Positions 61,111 to 64,000 of a DNA stretch of 64,000 bases are shown here, piece by piece (within the stretch, counting starts at the first letter, position 1; the number at the start of each line of letters is the position of its first letter). Source of the DNA: Octopus sinensis (taxonomy: Eukaryota). The stretch spans positions 110,546,001 through 110,610,000 of the forward strand of contig NC_042997.1 in assembly GCF_006345805.1 (NCBI RefSeq), written 5' to 3'. Below the pieces are notes generated by a model that was given only the letters and a program-made list of their open reading frames with translations, was not told the DNA's origin and searched no databases. The translations under genes were made by a program, and so were the position numbers.

Positions 61111-63672
61111 TGTTTTGTTTTATGTGTGTATTCTCTTGCATATAGTTATATACCTAAACATGTTCACATATATTTAAATGATAAACTTCTGGAAGGTTTT
61201 ACAGATTTTTACAGTACCAGTGATGGATTGGATCTGTAGTCTTTAAATTAGCTTTCTCCTTTTTGGTATTGTGAAGCTTTAAAAACAATAACTGCTAAAA
61301 TCGAACTGCACTCTTCAAAACTTGCACTATGAATAAATACAAGGTAAAATTACTACCTGCTTTAATATCAACTTAATGCAGGTAGTTTATCCCACCCTCA
61401 GCCGAATTTTATTTCATGCAATTGAAAAACTCGCATTATTTATGGGATGACCCAGTATTTATTGCTCATTTCTGTCTCCTCTTTAAACCTTTCCTGATGA
61501 TTTGTCGTCCACTTGAGCACTGTATACTATTAGATTATGGTTATATTACATTATATTACCACTCAAGTACAGAAAGCAGTGTAGTCAATTAACCACTTCC
61601 CCCACAAACTATCAGGCCTTCTGCCTATAACAGAAAGAATTCGGAGGTGACAAACAGACAAAATCATTAGCATGTCAGACAAAAGGTTAAGTGGCAGTTT
61701 CCAAATTCTTTACATTCTGAGTTCAAATACCACCAAGATCGTCTTTGGCTTTCATCCTTACAGGGTTGATATAATAAAGTGTCAATGCAATCGACTCACC
61801 CTCTTCCCTGGTGTTATTGGCCTTTTGCCAAAATTTGAACCTATTGCATCATATTTTAGAAGTGAAAGTGTGTGGCCTTGTGGTTGGGAGTATTGTACTC
61901 TCGGTCTGGAGATCGGGGGTTTCAATTCTCAGACTGGCTGTGCGTTGTTTTCTTGAGCAAAACACTTTATTTCACATTGACCCAGTCCACTCAGCCGTAA
62001 ATGGTTAACTCTGCGATGGACTAACCTTGCAATCAGTGGGGAAGGTTGGCATCATTCGAAAGCTACAACGATGCGAAGTGCATTGTGATCAGCGATGTAT
62101 AACAACATCCGATAGTCTGGTCGATACCAATATATATAAAACGTCAATGAAGTTCCTCATTGGTTTTTTGGAGTTTTTTTTTTTTTTTTGAGAGGCGGGG
62201 GTTTGTTTACGGCGAATTGGCAGAGTCATTAGAACATGGAACAGAGCGCTTTGCGGCATTTCTTCTGTATCTGGGTTCCGAGTACGAATAGAGCGATAGC
62301 CTATTTGTGGTAGACTTAGACGGTCTCCCAGTTTAATACCACCATTTAGCAACTTGGACACCTTTAATAGAGTCTACTCTGTTGCAAGAATTTGGACCAA
62401 GTTTCAGGCCTGAAGATATCGGCTTCCTCCTTTCCTTCTACCAGGCGCCTTGTAACGGGCCGTGATAGTGATAAAGGGGAGAAAATAAAACACAATCTGT
62501 TAATTTGCATTATATATTCGTTTGGTTATGATGCTGAGACGAGACAGTCCCCATTAAAAGGTAGAAGAAAGATTAATTTGAAAATAAATTAGAATCAACT
62601 GTAGAAAGAGAAAAGAATTTGGCTTGCTAACATAAGATAATGGAAACAATATTAAAAGGTTGTTTGAAAACTAGAAACGAAAAAAAATTTTATTTGTCAT
62701 TCTTCAAAGACCTAATTTAACGACGGTTTAACACGAGTTTTCTCCCTTTAAAGAATTACCCCCCTTACCAAACCCAAAATTAGTGAAATATTATTTAGTT
62801 AACGTCGTCCTACAAACCTTTCGACTGCAGGCACAAGGCCTGAAATTTTGAGGGAGGGTGGAAGTCGATTAGATCGACCTCAGTGCTCAACTGATACTTG
62901 ATTTATCGACCCCAAAAGGATGAAAGGCAAAATCGACCTCGGTAGAATTTGAACTCAGAACGTAACGACGGCTGAAATACCTATTTCTTTATTACCCACA
63001 AGGGGCTAAACACAGAGGGGATAAACAAGGACAGACAAACGGATTAAGTCGATTATAACTGGTACTTATTTAATCGACCCCGAAAGGATGAAAGGCAAAG
63101 TCGAGCCCGGCGGAATTTGAACTCAGAACGTAGCGGCAGACGAAATACTTCACCCGGCGTGCTAACGACTCTCCCAGCTCGCCGCCTTCACGTAGCCCTA
63201 CAATGTTGGGGTGTCATGGTTGGAATGCCTTTCATCTTTAATAGCCAACCACATGGAGTTGGAAATGGTAACATTTCACGCTTTCTGTGGGTTTAAATAT
63301 GAGGAAGTCAACTGATTCAGTGGGTCTGAAGGTGGAAAACGCTCCCTACCACCACCCCACCACAATCACCGCCTCACCCACCTCCGCTGTAGCAGCAGCA
63401 GCAGCACCCTCCTCCACCGCCACCGACAAATCTTTTATCTTTTACTTGTTTCAGTCGTTGGACTACGGCCATACTGGGGCACCGTCTTGAAGAAATTTAC
63501 TCAAACAAATCAACCCCAGCTCTCGTTTTTTTTTTTTTTTTCTTTAAGACTGGTACTTATTCTAGCGGTCTCTTTTGCAGAACTGCTAAGTTTTGGGGAT
63601 GTAAACACACCAACTCCAGCTGTCAAGTGGCAGCGGAGGACAAACGCAAATACAAAGACAACAACAGCCCCC

Positions 63673-63706
<34 letters not shown>

Positions 63707-63925
63707 ATATGTGTGTGTGTATGTCACTGCGTGTGTATCGTTGGCGATTTTTTACCTCTATCTTCCTTTCTTTGGATCTTTACTCTTCCTATGTTTCTGA
63801 CGAAAAGCTCTGCTCGAAACGTTAAATCCTCCTTCTTTCTTTCCTTTCCTGAGCGTCCAATAACACTATACTTGTTCACCGTCCTTGCGTTGTTGTGTTT
63901 TCTCTTTGTGTTTTCATGTTTGGAT

Positions 63926-63962
<37 letters not shown>

Positions 63963-64000
63963 AAAAATTAAAAAAAAAAAAAAATATACATATATATATA

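Noticed and set aside
60793-61239. His/Thr/Tyr- and Met/Tyr/Val/Cys-rich ORFs
   Set aside because: Translations of the (ATGT/ATGC)n microsatellite.

Overview
AT-rich, repeat-dense animal genomic DNA. The SINE repertoire resembles octopus/coleoid cephalopod DNA (inference). One host gene is supported: the 5' half of a 10-formyltetrahydrofolate dehydrogenase (ALDH1L1/ALDH1L2 co-ortholog) on the minus strand. Eight coding exons (27467 down to 199) join in frame with GT-AG introns and encode the hydrolase domain (H106, D142) and the ACP-like domain (GAGSMD phosphopantetheine Ser); the gene continues beyond position 1. A ninth, upstream 68-nt exon (39470-39537) splices in frame and adds a mitochondrial-presequence-like leader ahead of a second, stronger ATG, suggesting dual mitochondrial/cytosolic products from one gene. 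Upstream lies a very young Ty3/Gypsy element (identical 418-bp LTRs, GAAG TSD, tRNA-Trp-type PBS). Its gag is interrupted by a 4.8-kb Merlin/IS1595-family transposon with an 8-bp TSD and about 1.3-kb foldback TIRs, whose 300-bp tandem repeats contain decayed transposase sequence. Also present: an older Gypsy fragment, R4/Dong, RTE and Penelope fragments, a Tigger-like fragment, two non-autonomous Helitrons (one carrying a 1.6-kb satellite), several minimal hammerhead-ribozyme-like motifs, palindromic MITE-like elements, many SINEs and microsatellites. All alignments and counts were done by eye.
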